Assembly (NCBI RefSeq): GCF_018977255.1
Contig: NW_024705261.1
Location: 1-58,429, forward strand
DNA: 58,429 nt
Source of the DNA: Callorhinchus milii
Taxonomy: Eukaryota
Direction: 5' to 3'
The notes under the pieces are model-generated. The model saw only the letters and a list, made by a program, of their open reading frames with translations. It had not been told where the DNA came from and ran no database searches. The position numbers were made by a program, and so were the translations under genes. This document shows, one piece after another, positions 58,256 to 58,429 of this stretch (its first letter is position 1; each line of letters opens with the position of its first letter).

Positions 58256-58429
58256 AATTAACCCGTAAAAACAAAGTTTTTCACTATAAATCCTTTATGT
58301 GCGTTGCGGCTAGAGTCCTCTCGTCCTCTGGCTTGAGATGGCTGCCACCTATGGGTCAGATGATTGCATGGCAGCATTAAGCAATTGGTAATTAAATATA
58401 ATATTTTTGTCCTAAAAAGTGTAAAATTT
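58256..58429 (-). mobile_element. HINE-like element cut by the window end
   Basis: TTAACCCGTAAAAACAAAGTTTTTCACTATAAATCCTTTAT..., as in the other copies. Confidence 0.72.

Overview
Repeat-dense eukaryotic (animal) genomic DNA. V-SINE-type SINEs, L2 LINEs and GC-rich Gypsy elements suggest a non-mammalian vertebrate such as a lamprey; this is inference only. The window has three parts. (1) 1-13417: a TE mosaic of Penelope-like element (PLE) RT, GIY-YIG and pseudo-LTR fragments carrying minimal hammerhead ribozymes, MITEs, a V-SINE, an L2 3' end, a 5'-truncated Gypsy element with its 3' LTR, and one candidate orphan membrane-protein exon. (2) A 30-N gap (13418-13447) followed by about 27 kb (13448 to ~40447) that looks random by eye: no repeats, microsatellites, TE copies or recognisable ORFs. 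I could not support any biological system there, and it most resembles synthetic, shuffled or artefactual filler. (3) ~40450-58429: another TE mosaic with a hAT MITE, a solo LTR, an L2 RT, and a young full-length Gypsy element (47516-54262, 4-bp TSD CAAG, tRNA-Leu-type PBS) inserted into a tandem array of Helentron-associated (HINE/DINE-1-like) elements that carry a tRNA-like segment, plus more PLE hammerheads. The best-supported points of biological interest are the covarying PLE hammerhead family with a second conserved downstream hairpin, and the HINE-like array. Both belong to known classes; I found no clearly new system. All alignments and counts were done by eye.
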